Origin: Phoronis australis
Taxonomy: Eukaryota; Animalia; Phoronida
DNA: 64,000 nt
Direction: 5' to 3'
Assembly: GCA_002633005.1 (NCBI GenBank)
Contig: NMRA01000039.1
Span: 569,533-633,532 of the forward strand
Part shown: in pieces, positions 49,515-63,783 of the stretch
Layout: each line of letters opens with the position of its first letter
Numbering within the stretch: position 1 is the first letter of the stretch
Notes under the pieces: generated by a model
What the model was told of the DNA's origin: nothing
The model's database searches: none
The model's input: the letters and a program-made list of their open reading frames with translations, nothing else
Made by a program: the position numbers and the translations under genes

Positions 49515-52500
49515 CTAAAGAATGCACAAACCCCTATTACGAATCACAGTTCAAATCAACATTTGAACCCACTCATGCACCCAAACCACAAACTTAAGAT
49601 TAGGTCAAGGCCACAGAACAGAAAAGTTGATGGTTGAAAAAAAAAACAAATGGTACACAAGAAACGAAAACAAAGTCCAGTTTAAACATCGCGATTCAAA
49701 TTCATTTGCCAATTAAGTTGCACACAGTATTATGCAAATAAACGAACATGCAGAAAGGCATGAGGTATTGTGAAGTTGAGATGGACATCAAGTATCAGCA
49801 GAGTTAACATCAAATGCATTAAAAATGCGAAACTTAAATATTACGGGCATCAAGTCGAACAAGGATGTGACTGTGAAGGTGGCTTTGAAAAGGCCAATTA
49901 CGTTCACACATGACCACTCCTTATCAAGTTTAACTTCACATTTACCACAGGGGGGCACTGGTGGTTAGCCGCAGTTTAAATGGACTGTCATTGCCATGGG
50001 AACACGCTATAGATGGGCATTCACAGAGACATGTATACTGTGTAAATTTAAGGAACAGGGGCATTACTAAACATGGGCATTTGAAACGGAGAATTTAAAG
50101 AATTTGGAGTTTGCACTTTAGCTTACATAGGAGTAATGTTGAATACAGCAGACTCAGTTTCATTTCTTAACCTCAAACCATGAAAACAAAGTCTCAAAAC
50201 CAGAAAAAATAAATAACAACTCCGCTCAATCAGTCTGATAATTACTTTACATAAAAGCAACACAGGTAAATTGGGCTAAAAAACGTTAGGTGGCTCTGGT
50301 CTGTAGCACAACTCATTTAAAAGTCTGTGACAACCAAACAAAGGACTGAAAGGGGAAAGCATAACATCCACTTGCATCAATTTCAACAAACTACTCATTT
50401 TTGAAGCCTCACAAAGCCAAAGGTTGCCAAGTGGGACACAGGTACTCATATCATATGTACTGTTCGATGGAGATGAATGGAGAACTATGGTGCAGGCCTT
50501 CTGCTGAGCTTATTATGTCATTACTATCAGAGACAGAGTTAGCCACTCCCCCAAGCATCAATGCGACTAAACAAGGGGTTGGGGGAGGAGCTCACTGGCT
50601 GGCCTATTAAGGTGGTGAGAGAATTTTCAAAGCACTAGTTAGGTAATCTATCAGTCTTCTAGTCGGAGTTCAAACAAATTGTCTCTTTAGCATGGAATAA
50701 AAACTTGAACATTACATTAGATGCAAACTGACATAAAGCATGTTTTTGAAGCATCATTAGAAATAATTTTGTTGGCAATTTGGGAGCAGATGCTTACCAA
50801 GACCATAGTCAACCACGAACTTCCATTCCACATGTATACCATGAGATTATTTTTCAAAGTAATCCCGTTTTTCTCCGCAGATTTCAGAATTTAGGTCAGT
50901 ATAGGTGACGCAAATGGCATGATTGACGTCTTGTCAGAAAAAACTGTACTATTTTTCTGACTCGGTAGTATAGAAATATAGCTAAACAGCTTGTGACATC
51001 TGACCAATATACTAAATGCCCACGTTTTTCAAGTTTGGGAGCTACTTTTTTGCTAGCGCCAATACGAAATGAGACTTATGAATCCTGAAAAGCAGGTTAT
51101 ATTTAACACTGAGCAATCTAACATTCAAGTTGATAATGAACGCGTTTCCAAGGGAACAGTATCTAAGGAGCGGAAAATTTCTCCCCAGGATAACAAGAGA
51201 CCTGTGTTTTTACCAAAAGTGTCCTGGTTGCTTTTCCTCATACAAAAACAAACAGTAGCACCAAATATTATTGAAGTGCCAACGAGTAGTTTAGATAAAA
51301 TGAGAACGAAAATATGTAAACAGAATTTAATACTTGAAAAAATACACCAATGAACCACACAGAAACAGGCAAGTGGAGAACAGACATATATAGCGCCATC
51401 TAGTAGAAATTCTTCAGTGTTTGTATAGAATACAAACTGTTTTGTTGAATTTGTGTTCCTAGTTCTGAGCAATCAGTTGAACGTGTGCACCTCAGTGATG
51501 GCATATAAATCACGTTACCGTATTCCTCCAGGTAAATGCCCAAGGCATACAAACTGACTTATTCTCAAAAATTGGGGGGAGGGGGGCACCAAAAGTGGCG
51601 TTACCTGAGCATGAATACTTGAAAGCAACGTTTTGATAAAATGGGATGGCTGTTAATGCAAACTAACAATTTTATATTACCGGTGAGATCGCTGGGCTCA
51701 TAGAAGCCATTTTCAATGCAAGCCTAATGAACGAAAATCATGCTGAATGTCAATAAAGTTGGTACTGCTTGTCGAAGCAAAGTCAGTGTGCGTTAGAGTA
51801 GATGAAGAGAGGATGTATGAAGACATGGTGCTTTAAATAAAGAACTAAATCCTCCGTGGTAAATATTAAAGGTGGACCTATATAAATTACCAAGCATAGG
51901 CGTTGAGTGACAAATTGGAAAATAACAAGATGGCAGACTTTAAGGCGAACACAGTTGTTAACTCGAATGAGTTTGATAAATTCTAGTTTGAAGAATGCAG
52001 AAAAAAGGATATGTCAATTGGCATACCTTTAAAGTGTATAAGATAAAAAAAATCAAATTATTAACAGATTCTAGACTCCAAAATTTTGAAGAGAAAGCAA
52101 GGGAAAGACGAGCACAGACACAAATGGCGTGCAAACGAAGTAAACGCAACTAGACACAGGCTGTATGAACAACTTGTCACCTGAACCACAGACCTAGTCC
52201 TCCGAACCACAAAGGTTGTGCTTCCCACACCTTTCATGTTCTCACGGTTCTGATGGTGTCGCCATAATCCCCCATACTACGTGCTGCGAGCGTTCCAACA
52301 TACCGCCAAAGACACGTCTCATTTGTCAAACTAGCCGGAGTCTAGTGTCATTCCCAGTGAAGCTACTCTGGCTCCCAACTTTCACGGTTCACAGCATAAG
52401 AACTGTGGTACAGGTGACAGGCAGTGCGTACAGATCTAGACAGCTACCTGAGAGGATTATAGTCAGGACAGCGGGGACATCGATAGGGTCGACTACGATG

Positions 52501-55094
52501 AGGAGAGGTTCTACTGCAAGTGTGAAAGCATTGGGGAAAGAAACAGTTATGATTAGTTGCTATGGCAGCTTGAGGAGAGAAAGGTGCCGCACACATACTC
52601 AAGCAGATTGCATTGGCTTTAGTAAGACAATAAATAGATTTACACTCTGGAACCTTCCCGGAGGTGTTGCTCACCAATTGCAATACAACTGCAATTCAAG
52701 TAATATTGTGCCTGTACAAGCACGTACACAGTCACGACTTAAGTATGACGGTTACATTTCAAGGATGTCGATGTTTTTCAAAGTGTTTTGTTTTGAATGT
52801 TATATGCCAATTTTCCATGACTATAAGTCCAAGGTACTAAAAGCACATCCACTACATCTAATGTTTCTACTACTACAATGTCCAAGCTAGAGTTGCCCTA
52901 AGCAGTACTTTTGGTGTGTTATTAGAGTTTGTCCGAGAGCTTCAGGCAGACTGGAGGACATGACATATATCACAGATTTTGACATGCATCTTGGTTATGA
53001 TTGGCTAGAATGATGAACATTAACGGTTATTTCAGTTCAATGCACACGCCACTTCATGGAATATGAAGCCACACTTGCGCTATTTACAAGGTCGTGTTGG
53101 CAAGCATTAAGTTCGACCTTTTTGAATCGCTAAAGAAACTAAATAAAAAACTAAATAATCAGATCCAGAGAACAACAAATTCAACAATTTCAAATGAAAT
53201 GCCTGTTTTCTCATTTTTCAAGGTTTTCTGATATTGTTATGACTGTCAATAACTTTAGCATAACATTTTCTGGTAGCTTTAAAACATGGAAAAGCATATA
53301 AACTTCAAAAAAGATACAACATTTCTCTCATGAAAAATGAAGAAATAAAATGTCCCGTGTCGGCCATATTGGAGGATTTTAAAGTACTCTGGTTATAGGT
53401 TGAGGGGATACAACAGACTCTAACAGTTTTCATAGCTGGAGGGTCTCAAAAGCAACAACACAGAGGACACTGATGTGCACGGTGCAATTTGCGATGAAGC
53501 CTTTTCATCCATATAATTATTCAGCAGTATCTTACTTAAAGTACGACAGGGGGGTCACTATCTTCGGGTAATTAATTTCTCCCGTTCTCAGTCACAATGT
53601 AAATCACCAACTGAAGTCTGTCAATACCACGCAAAGTTAAGATCAGCTATAAATCTGGGATGTCATTAAACTTATTAAAGCAACCACGCCGATTTTTAGT
53701 CAGATACATAGAATGGAAGAGCGAACAAAATAGGCAACATTTTAGAAAAGCTATGTTTTGGGATCATACGAAGATCGTTTATAATGGTGAATAATCGATG
53801 TCAGTTGATTACATCAATGCAACCGCAACCTGCGCATCAGCATGCTCAGAGTGAGGGCTCTACAGTCCACACAAATGACGTGTATTGAAAGTCAGTAAAT
53901 GCGCACATGACTTTTGTACAATAACATGATGGTGGGTTACTACGATGCCTTAATGCAGGTTTGCACTGACATCTAGTGGTTTACATTTTATAAAAAGAAA
54001 TACGTCAGAAAAAATTTCAGAGTTCGGTGACAGGTGGGGAGGTGCAGTGGTAATGTTGACGTTTGTGAAGGAGACGGGGCTTAAACTTTGATACAGTGGT
54101 TGCAACGTCAAAAACAAATAACAAAACAAAATTTGAAATGGCGTTATCATAGCAGCAGTCAGCACTGCAATTTATTGACTCCGTAATGCTAGCTTACAAT
54201 TCGAAAATCTGTCAAATCAATAATTCATCTTTTCTGAATGTAAAAAACTTTACCATAAGTCTTGGAGGTCGCTGTTTGAAGGCGGTAAATTGTGACTTTG
54301 CACTTTCAAAAACCTTATGCTTGGTCTTGTAGGGACTGACAAAGCCCAAACACATCCACTACCACAAGAAACTGCAGGAACACCACATTTAGCCACCTTC
54401 ACTCTTATCAGGCTTCTATTGTGAGTCAGCATGCGTGAAAAATTGGCTGATAAGCCACCTCTGGAACTAGTTTTGGCTGAATGGATGACCAGGCCATAAA
54501 ATGATAATTAGCCAAGACCAGTTACTAATGCAAGAAAGAATAATGTTGTAGCATCACCTAGCCTTGGTGGAAAGCTGTTTACTGTATTGGCTCAAATAAA
54601 CACTTAGAAAAAAAAATTCATTTCACGGGGAGGGGACGCTCATTGTAGCCTACGGCAGTTGAAACCGGTTTCCCAAACGGGTAAAATCTGAAGCTAGGAT
54701 TCATCAAATTTACGATCAGTGACGTATTTGCAGCCTATGACAGTCTTTCTACAAAATTGTGGTGCACTGCTATCAACTTCCGTTGTTAAATTACGATAAT
54801 TTTTTTAAAAATCGTGCTCATCACAGGGCGAAAACATGCCGACTGATGCGTCGCTGAATCGCGATCGTCAATAGGAAAACTTGAACTCTTGAATAAAAAT
54901 ATAGTTTCGACTCAACAAATTACCTGAAATCTTACTTATGTTTTACAATTTTTAAAGTTCATGTGGAGTCCAGATTAATTGTGATTAAGTCCAAATCTGC
55001 GCTACATCGTACCCCACATCACGAGAAAAATCTCTGGATGAACACACATGTTGTTGTCACGTGACGTTTGTTTTGAAGTTCGTCTCCGTATGAG

Positions 55095-55425
55095 AGTGAG
55101 TGAGCGTGCGTGTACGGGTCATCGACGACAGACTTTTTTGTTATAAAAGGCGGAGGATTATGCAAGAAAATGGCGTTCACTAGATTGTTTTTCACTTAAA
55201 CGGCTGCAACGTGCAAGATGAGTGCTGGTTAACTCACAGATTTTGTGTGCACAGGCCGACGGTCGTTAGCTCTACCGTGGAGTATCATAGTCCAAGGCTC
55301 GATCTACATGTTAGGGACGAGGTGAACTACCCGGGCTGTGTGAAATTTCTGGGTCTAACGGAGACACTGACACAGTGGTTAGGCAGCTCGCTGTATCAAG
55401 ACTATAGTCAAAATCCAAATTCGTT
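55095..55425 (+). repeat. Diverged single-arm copy of the 37.2-38.0 kb foldback repeat
   Basis: Shares AAAAGGCGGAG..CAAGAAAATG..TTGTTTTTCACTTAAACGGCTG..AACTACCC..GGCTGTGTG..AATTTC..GGGTCTA with 37290-37565. Confidence 0.8.
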
Positions 55426-55479
55426 TTATCGTGTCCCTGTCAATAATAACCGCATGCTAAAGTTTCTTAATTTTCGTAC

Positions 55480-55690
55480 TTCAGGAACATAACAATCACG
55501 TGTTTTGTACATATGTGCACGCCGCAGATCACATCTCGGAAATTGCCGATTTGAGGGATGACAATGAATGAGCACAATGAAATTAAACAACGTCGTTTTA
55601 CAGCTTGTAATATTCATAATAAACGTATTTTGAATATTGCAATGCATGTGTTCCAAAATCTAAATAACTTGGGTCCTATATTTTTGTATT
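55480..55690 (+). mobile_element. Possible CR1-type LINE ORF2 C-terminal remnant
   Basis: IHNKRILNIAMHVFQNLNNLGPIFL resembles the RRxxxIAxxVFKxLNNLxPxYL tail of CR1-group ORF2. Confidence 0.4.
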
Positions 55691-56583
55691 CGTGCGCGCC
55701 GAATGAAAGTAATCGTAAGTGTTGCTCTGTTGCAAAATCTCTTATCCTGGGCCGATTTGAAAAATTCAAAGTTGTACTCATATTTGTTTCCGCTCCTCTT
55801 CTCAAATATTACAGTAAAAACTACATAAAACTCTCTCCATGAAAAGTACAGTCTGCTAGCTAGATTGTAATCAGCTGATCATATCCGCATGAGCGAAGCC
55901 AATTATCCTCGCTCGTGACTCAATGAATAGAGCAGCTTGGCAGCATCCATGTGATCGTGAGCCGAGCGCGACTCAGCCAAGGTGGATAAATACGGTCTAG
56001 CTCAATTTTCCAAACCCCACCGCTTACCTTGACAAGCGGGGTTAGGACCAATCTTATTTAGTGGGAATGTTTATAGCATGTATTACAAGGTTTAAAGTCA
56101 CAAAATCCGTGTAGGAATTATAAGTTGAGAGACACTATTTGTAGCCTACAGAAGGGGTTGCCCAACCCTTCCTAAATTGGGCCATTTGAAATTCCGGTGA
56201 TCTGAATTACTTCCTTACAGTAAAAGCCCATAGGTATCTTAGTAAGGGACATTTTGCGAGAAATACACAACCAAGCTCATGATTTTTTTTAATTTCAAGT
56301 TGCAGGGAGGAAGGAAATTCCCCTTCAAAGGAAAACCCAAAGTTAAAGACTAATGAACATGACAGTAAAATATAAATCATATACTCATAAATTACATTTA
56401 CTAATTCAAGATTTTCAAACCGCTCTCTCTGGTCCATTGTCCTTCCTTGACAAAAAACTGTAGAATAGTTAACATCCGAATCATCAATGCAACATCTATC
56501 AGTAATTAATTTATAGTTCACTCAACATCTCGAGAGTCCATGAAACAATCGTTTCCCGTCAAACTTGATCAGTCTTGACTTAC

Positions 56584-56750
56584 CTTTGACCAAAATCAAA
56601 TGACCGGGTGCGAGCGGACATGGCTGTCATCTCGCTCTGGCCGCTGACCGTGAGCGGTGAATGCTCCGTCGTCATCTCTTCATCTTCCTCATCGTCCTCG
56701 CTGATGGCGGGAAGAATCGTTGACAAACCTCCGTTGAGTTCTGTGTCCTG
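56584..56750 (-). CDS. KCNH8: Elk-type K+ channel, post-CNBHD acidic exon (QDTELNGGLSTILPAISEDDEEDEE...DFGQR)
   Basis: Polypyrimidine tract plus cag|CAG acceptor and AG|gtaagt donor; phase 0->2. LPAISEDDEE resembles the Elk LPSIxED acidic motif. Confidence 0.88.
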
Positions 56751-58075
56751 CTGTAGAGTGAGACAGAAAACGATTAGCTACTGCAAACAATTATACACAA
56801 GATTCGGCAGATAATCCAGAGAAGTCAATGAAAGAGAACGGCTATTAAAGGGTCATTATCTATGAGAAAAATGATTTTTTCAAGATCAGAATCAGCAGGG
56901 AATTGTACCTGGAGTTCCCGTGATCGCAGCCCAACACTCTACTGTCATAGCTATGTCACTGTCAGAGTATTTCAAACATATTCAAATGGTAGTCACTAGC
57001 CTTGATGTCCTTGAATGCCTGACAGGCAGAGGTGAGAAATGGTGATTTGTAATAAAGAATATAAAGAAAGAATGAATTTTTTATTTTATAGCTGTGTTCA
57101 AAGCTAACTACTTCTAGAAGTCTATCCTTTCCAAAAATAATCCCCAAAATGCATTTTTCATCTGTAAAACAGTCGATAATTAGGTCGTCAACAATGGCAG
57201 CCAATCTTTCAGCAAAAGTTAAGAAATTACGCTTGACCCCTGGTGCAATTTCAGAAAATTAAAAGGAATGCCAACTCCGCCATATTGAAAGCACAAGGTT
57301 GCGAAAATTGCCTTGCGTTGGATAGCATCATACTTGAAAGCTATCGTTTTGTTCATGTTTTGGGATGAAACTATTTCTTTTGGTACTTCAATACAGCAAG
57401 TTAGCATTTCTAATTACATAATGCCAACATCTTGGACCAAATGCAGTTGCCAGATTCCTTCAATAGGAAGATTTGGACCCACTAACTTGATTTCCTCAAA
57501 TTACAACTTTGACCATTAGCCCTGCAGGAGACTTGATGTTTCTTTGAGGTATGTTTACACCAGAAGCGTGTTCAATAGAGTGAGCGCCCGTGAGCGATTT
57601 GAGCGCCCTCGTCCTGAACAGCTGTGTTCACGTTAGCGCTCGCGAACAACCTCGAGAGCATGTTCGCTTAGATTTCCAAGATGGCGTCCTGCGAAGGCTT
57701 AACGTCTGCAACATATGAACCCATTATGGTTCTGCTACATGAAAACTAACCTCAAAAGTTGACCAACTCATCCGAAACTGCGACTTAAATTGCGGGTCGC
57801 TGTAGCGAGGTACAGTTTCCTCGACGTAATTTTCGATTCTTGTCGGGCCAAAGCCTTCACGGTTGTTGTCTTGGGGCTGCCGATATTAATAATTATTGGC
57901 AAAGATTAATCATATTTATCGCTCAGTACGCCATAGGAAGGACTGTTAGTGTTAAGCTCATCGGCTAAGACGTTCAACACAATCTGCTTCAAAGTCGCCA
58001 TACTGGATCGCACAGTGAGCGCTCACAGCTGTTNCTTTTGACAATGAAAGAGCACTAAATGACTATTTAAAGATG

Positions 58076-58172
58076 AATAATACAATTATACAATAATACA
58101 ATTATACAATAATACAATTATACAATAATACAATAATACAATTATACAATAATACAATTATACAATAATACA
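58076..58172. repeat. 8/16-bp minisatellite (TACAATAA / TACAATTA)
   Basis: About 12 alternating octamers. An ambiguous base n lies just upstream at 58034. Confidence 0.95.
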
Positions 58173-61100
58173 GCAGAAATCAAGATCAACTTACTAGCTG
58201 TTTTTGTGTCAGTGCACATGCCATATTTAAATCTAATTGCACCGGAGGGAGGATACTCCCACAGAAGAGGTCTACTCTATGGGCCGCCATGAAGGGTGAC
58301 TTTTTTACGGCCAGTCTCCCTACAAAGGTCTTTTCCCAAAAAAATCCCAACGAAAGGAAACACGAGGTCATAATTTGCTACAAGGGCTCATTTTGGAAGT
58401 TTGAAAGGTTTCTTATTCTAGGTATGGATTTTAAATATATGTTTCAAAATCTTTGGTGGCAAAATATGCATATTTTTGACAACATGGCTTCTCTATGTGT
58501 AGTGCTTCAGGTTTAATTTGTTAAAAGACAGTGGTCCACGAGTCGATAAGAAAGGGTAATGTACAAATTGACCCCTACAAAAGGGTGGTCATCGCGAAAA
58601 AAAACTTCATTGAAGTATGACTTTCATGGAAGCTTTCTACAAATAGGTCCCTTTTTTCGAGTCCACCCTCTAAAAGGGCAAGTGTCCTCTAATCACATTT
58701 ACTACTGAAACTGAACCTGAGAAGTCATGGATTATCATCTTCATTCATTCAGTTCATTTAATTTGAGGAATTTCATCTACCATGCAGTCATTTTTTAAAT
58801 GCATTAATTTGTGGGATGACTGTCATGTCGTAAATATCCATTGATATTACAAAGAACCTAATACTAAACATGCATATTTCAGCGGTGAGATTTAACTTTA
58901 GCATGAACGGATTGTGAGTGTCTCAAGAACCATTTGCGTGAAAGATTTATCATGCTAATCTATGCATTAATGCCATGTGTTTTGGAGGCTAACTTTCAAT
59001 CTTTCATTTCATGTGATGGTTGCTGACAGCAGAACACCCAGAAAACAGTAAGGTACAGTCGATCCATATTTTCAACTGACGTGGTGAGCTTATGTGACAC
59101 TTAAGTAATTTTCCGTCATCTTGTGTACACATCACCATGTTATCTGAGACCTCGCCACATATTTACAAGCCGACAATCGTCCAACAAATGAATGCACTTG
59201 AAAAATGACAGCAGCGTCTCAAATTGAGGAAAATTTGGAGCAGATGAAATCTTCCATATTAATTCAAGAAAAATGATCAACATTAGCAGAGTGTCACCAA
59301 CACTTAACTTTCACTGGAAAACCCCCTGTGCTTGGAAGACATTAGGTACCCTATAGGACGTAGGACATGGAAAAGTTGGCTACAGTGAACCAGTGCAAGG
59401 AAGTAAATCATGTATTAGTAAAACAAGGATCCAATCCACCATAACCACGAGCAAAAAAAAGTAAGTTCACCATACACAGGCCTATTAGTCAGTGGCGTTC
59501 ACAACTAAGTGAAGACTAAGAGAGGTTCATATTCATCTGTTAGTGCAATCCACAACCACAATTAAATGTTAAAACATGGGCCACCAATGTTTGGTCAGTT
59601 GAACTTAGGATTTGGTTTTGCATAAAAACTTCATATTCTTTCAAAGTATAGGAAACTCTGAGAATCATTGTACAAAAAAAATTATGTACTTTCGAAGAGA
59701 TTTTCGGAAACATTTTGTAGCATTGGGCAACAGCTCCACCATTTGTTCAGAAATCATGCTGCGATAAATTTAGGGGCTCATTTCACAATAATGCGCAAAT
59801 TGTTCTTTTAGCAGACATTTTTTCAGAACTGTCCACAAAGTCAGATTGGAGTTTAAAGTGATTAAGCTGCTCAAGCATCAAAAACTGTTTGAGTTTTACT
59901 TCAACATGGCTTGGGTATCAGATGAAACAAAGCAAACACTAATACTTTCCTCTGTTAGTCAAATGAGTCCCTTGTCTTATTTCAGATCAGTTTGTTGATG
60001 AAACAGACCACTGGTGCAAACCAGAAAGGTTGGCGCAGTACAGGCGCAATCCAATTGACCCAACACATATGCCAGGCAGTCGCAAGCACTCATGCTGAGG
60101 ACAAACGTCCAATCATGCATAGAAACACATCCCCATACAGTTGATCTATCACCAAGTCAGTAATGCAATTGGGAAGAGCAAAGGTAAGAAAAGAATTATG
60201 GAAATATACCAACTTTTCTTCCTTTTATTGGACGGAACCTCTATGAAATGGAAGTGATATTGGAATATTAACAGACGATATATACTGAAGATTTATCTTA
60301 GCTAGCTGCAAAGTCTAGTTCATGTCAGAGGCTTGGGTAACAGACAACGCCAAGCTAAAATTGCGAAAACCTTTCAGCACTTTAATTATTCACTAGTTTT
60401 CAATTCCAATCATTCCAATTGAGTAGTAATGTAGAGTCAATAGACAGATACTACTAGTACACAAGCGCGTAAGATCTACTCTATACATGCCTGACATATG
60501 CTAATTATTTTTTGTGTGACCGTTATATACAATCAGCAACTCCAATCAACGAAGTCATAACCATGAAATCAATATGGTTTGTTATGCACTAAAGCCTACC
60601 TTGAACAGTAAAACAATTGTGTTAATTTAGTTCCTAAAATATGTTAAAGATAATATCACTTTGACCACAATAATTAACGATTAAGCTTATCGCCGACGTT
60701 TATCTATAATGTCACTGGGAGAATCCTCTGTTAATTCAAACAGCTATGAACAGTAATCGCTTAAATTGGTGATTTATATTCAATATACTTCAGTCCCCGC
60801 AGCAGATACATACTTCTACTGCGGATACCGACGAACAATGAAAACCACCATATTATCAGCCCTTCTTAGTTCGTTATTTTCTTCACGTCAAGCAACATGA
60901 TGCAAAGGCTACTTTGTGTATCATTTGACGCGGTAAAGTTTGAGTGCTTTTAAACACGATTGTCTTGTGTTACTAATGCATTCCTAGAACTATCTGCATA
61001 GTATAGTACACCTAACAAAAATTCATTCAAGGAAGGCTTTAAGACCATATGGTCACTTTTTTTAAAAAACAATGCTTCGTGTGGAAACCACGCCACTTTA

Positions 61101-62949
61101 AAAAAGACATAAACCGCGCTGTGCTGTAGAAAGCAACTTTTTTCACGCGTATTTTATTTATTTACTCTTCAAAAGCGATGTCATCACGTTCCTGTACATT
61201 GTATGGACAGAAATTAGGTGCAATGAAACAGGTTGGAATACCCCTGCCAATCATGCTACTACAGTGGCTGGGTCTAACGTGACAGGACGAGCAAACTTCA
61301 CGAGCCCAAGTGTGCAACAAAAACAAACTCAGTTCTTTCCAAGACTAGAAATCTTTTCAAATCTCAGAAAGGAACAAGATGATGCCAATTTGGTCAGTGG
61401 CCTAAATCAAAGTTTTTTGACAGAATGTGTGAGTTTATGTACCCTTCAATGAGCGACCACAATCAACAGCAATGCCAACACATTGCAACATGAAAAACAT
61501 GCTGCACACAAAAAGACACGACTCTTTGCCAACAGAACTGGATTGTCACCGGCTCTGCACACACTGCATCAGCTCAAGGCAGATACAACAGAAAGTGTCA
61601 AGTCTTTAACTCTTTAAGTATTCAAACATATCAACAGGACATTACAATGTTAATTGAGTCATAAACCACTGCACACCAGATCAGCTGAGTTGAGACGATA
61701 CAAATTATGTTGCGCAGTGTGCAGCAGGCTTTATATAACACCTAGAATAAAGTCACTACTTAACTAGCAGTTAGTCACCATTTTCACTTACTAGTAGTTA
61801 CAAGTCATCTCACAAGTACATAAATTCATTCAAACAAAATCAGGTTGTGAATAAACAGCTTACATTTAATTCTTTTTTAAGTCAATCTTAAAAAAAAGCC
61901 ATACTGTGTCTTAAGCAGCTCCAAATGAAATAACTATTTTAACTAGTCAAATGCATCACTTTCTAATGATAGTTATTCATGGACAATGAAGGCAACATTC
62001 TCAGAGACACGCTAGTGGAATTACAAGACATTAATTTCTGTTAAATTCTCACAATATTTACAATTACCAGTGAAATCTGCCGTTTTAAAATAATCTTACA
62101 CTACCAACTTAAGTGACCAAACCTCTAATCAATGGAAACACTTACACAAAACAACAGTAACCAAGCATGCACACAGGACCAGTGACTCGAAGTGCCACCT
62201 GGTAGTACAACGCAGTACTAGTGCTTAGCAGCAGATGACGTAAGGGTGCAGTACCCTTTGAAAGAGGACCAGGACATAAATTTGGGTACACTGGACAAAA
62301 ATGACTCACTATAAAAGAAACGGCAATTATTTCATTGATGGTTGAATTTACATTCAGTGTATGCAAACACATTTTGACGCTTAGCATAATGCTGAGTGTT
62401 GTGAGGGAAAGTCAAAGAATCTGCTTCATTTTCTTGCTAGGTTTTGCTTAGGCTCACTGACTATGTTTTGGTCTGTAACTACACGTACATTTACTGAACA
62501 TGGATCATACCGTAAAATGGCCAAGACGCAATCTCAGATACCTCAAGGATTATAAACAATACTATCAGGTATTTGAGTAGCCTGTCAAAAGAGCCAAAAA
62601 GTGAGACCTAACACTTAGATTTGGAAGGCAAATCTTTCATAATCCCACCTGTGGTTAATGTGTACGCGGGTGAAACCGCATATTGACCCTGAACAGACTA
62701 GCGGTTTGCTCGTAAATTATGATCGTCCCGAGTGGATGAAATGGTTCTCACAACGAAATCTGCATAATTTTTGTTGCACCAACGAAAGTATTCTCGTTTC
62801 TTTTCTAATGAAGCTGTGGCCTAAAACTGACCCACTTAAAGTAGCCTCACCACTCTGAGGAATCCTCAGTGTGGCGTGACAAATCCCCTAATACTTCACC
62901 AAGGGCGGTCTGAGAATGGACAGTGCGGTTGTCAATGTAGATTCATTAC

Positions 62950-63161
62950 CTCGTTTAAGTAACCTTCCCGCAGGTTGTAAGTGAGATCATGTTGAATGTC
63001 GTGCAGGAACTTCTCAGCAAAATCTGGATAGAAGCTGAGCACCTCCAGCAGTCCCTTGATGTCGACGCACTGGATGTCGCAGTAGGTCAGAGACTTGACC
63101 TCACAGTCCGACTTAACAGGCTGGTCAGAGTCCAGGTCAGTGCCGAACAGATCGCCTTTAC
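62950..63161 (-). CDS. KCNH8: Elk-type (KCNH3/4/8-like) voltage-gated K+ channel, CNBHD exon
   Basis: [10 protein letters not shown]...[46 protein letters not shown], including the intrinsic-ligand YNL. Boundaries gaacag| and |gtaatg. Upstream exons lie beyond the window. The symbol denotes the Elk co-ortholog group. Confidence 0.93.
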
Positions 63162-63783
63162 CTGTTCAACATCAGTAAAGATAACTGGGTGTAAGTTTAT
63201 AACCCCAACTGTCCGTAAAATATGTGCACAACTCAAAACAATCAAGTTGCAATCCTGAAAATAGGTGTCTTGAAAACAATACTATAAAAATGAAATATTT
63301 ATGCAACAAAAATTAGCACACCACACTGGGGAGAATACAGTTTTACTGACGACATTCTTATCCATATCAGAGTGAAGGTAGGGTGAGGGGTAACAAAAGA
63401 TAGTTTAAATAAAATACAGTTGGTAGGGTCTGGGCTCAGGTTATTCAAAATTCCTGATTGAGGGTAATAAAACCATTATTTCCTCAACCAAGACCACAAA
63501 CCCTCTGTTAAGGTTATCTCCAACATTATTCACAAAAATGGTCATTTTTACAATATTTCACAGGTGTCTAGTAAAATACCTTATCTTCATTCTCGGGGAA
63601 CTTCAGATGCAAAATATATACAGCGTAGCAAGAAAAAAAGATTTAACAGAACCACCTTGGAACCACACAACTCCATGGATACTTGTTTACCACTTATCCG
63701 AGGTCAAAGGTTAAAGGGCTTTCAATCAAATCGAATCTCACGCCAGGTACAGAAGAGCTTCGGATACCCTCAGTCCTTTCATT

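Noticed and set aside
52216-52890. 224-aa plus-strand ORF
   Set aside because: Non-ATG start, no recognisable motif, and antisense within an Elk intron.
57565-58035. MITE with GTGAGCGC-rich inverted ends
   Set aside because: Only partial inverted similarity. The right end is interrupted by an ambiguous base and no TSD could be defined.
60198-60240. Possible Elk microexon
   Set aside because: Its candidate splice sites would shift the frame between the 62950 and 56750 exons, which already join in phase 0.
62989-63258. Plus-strand 89-aa ORF (also 56608..56814, 49398..49637, 47505..47735)
   Set aside because: These are antisense shadows of the Elk exons.
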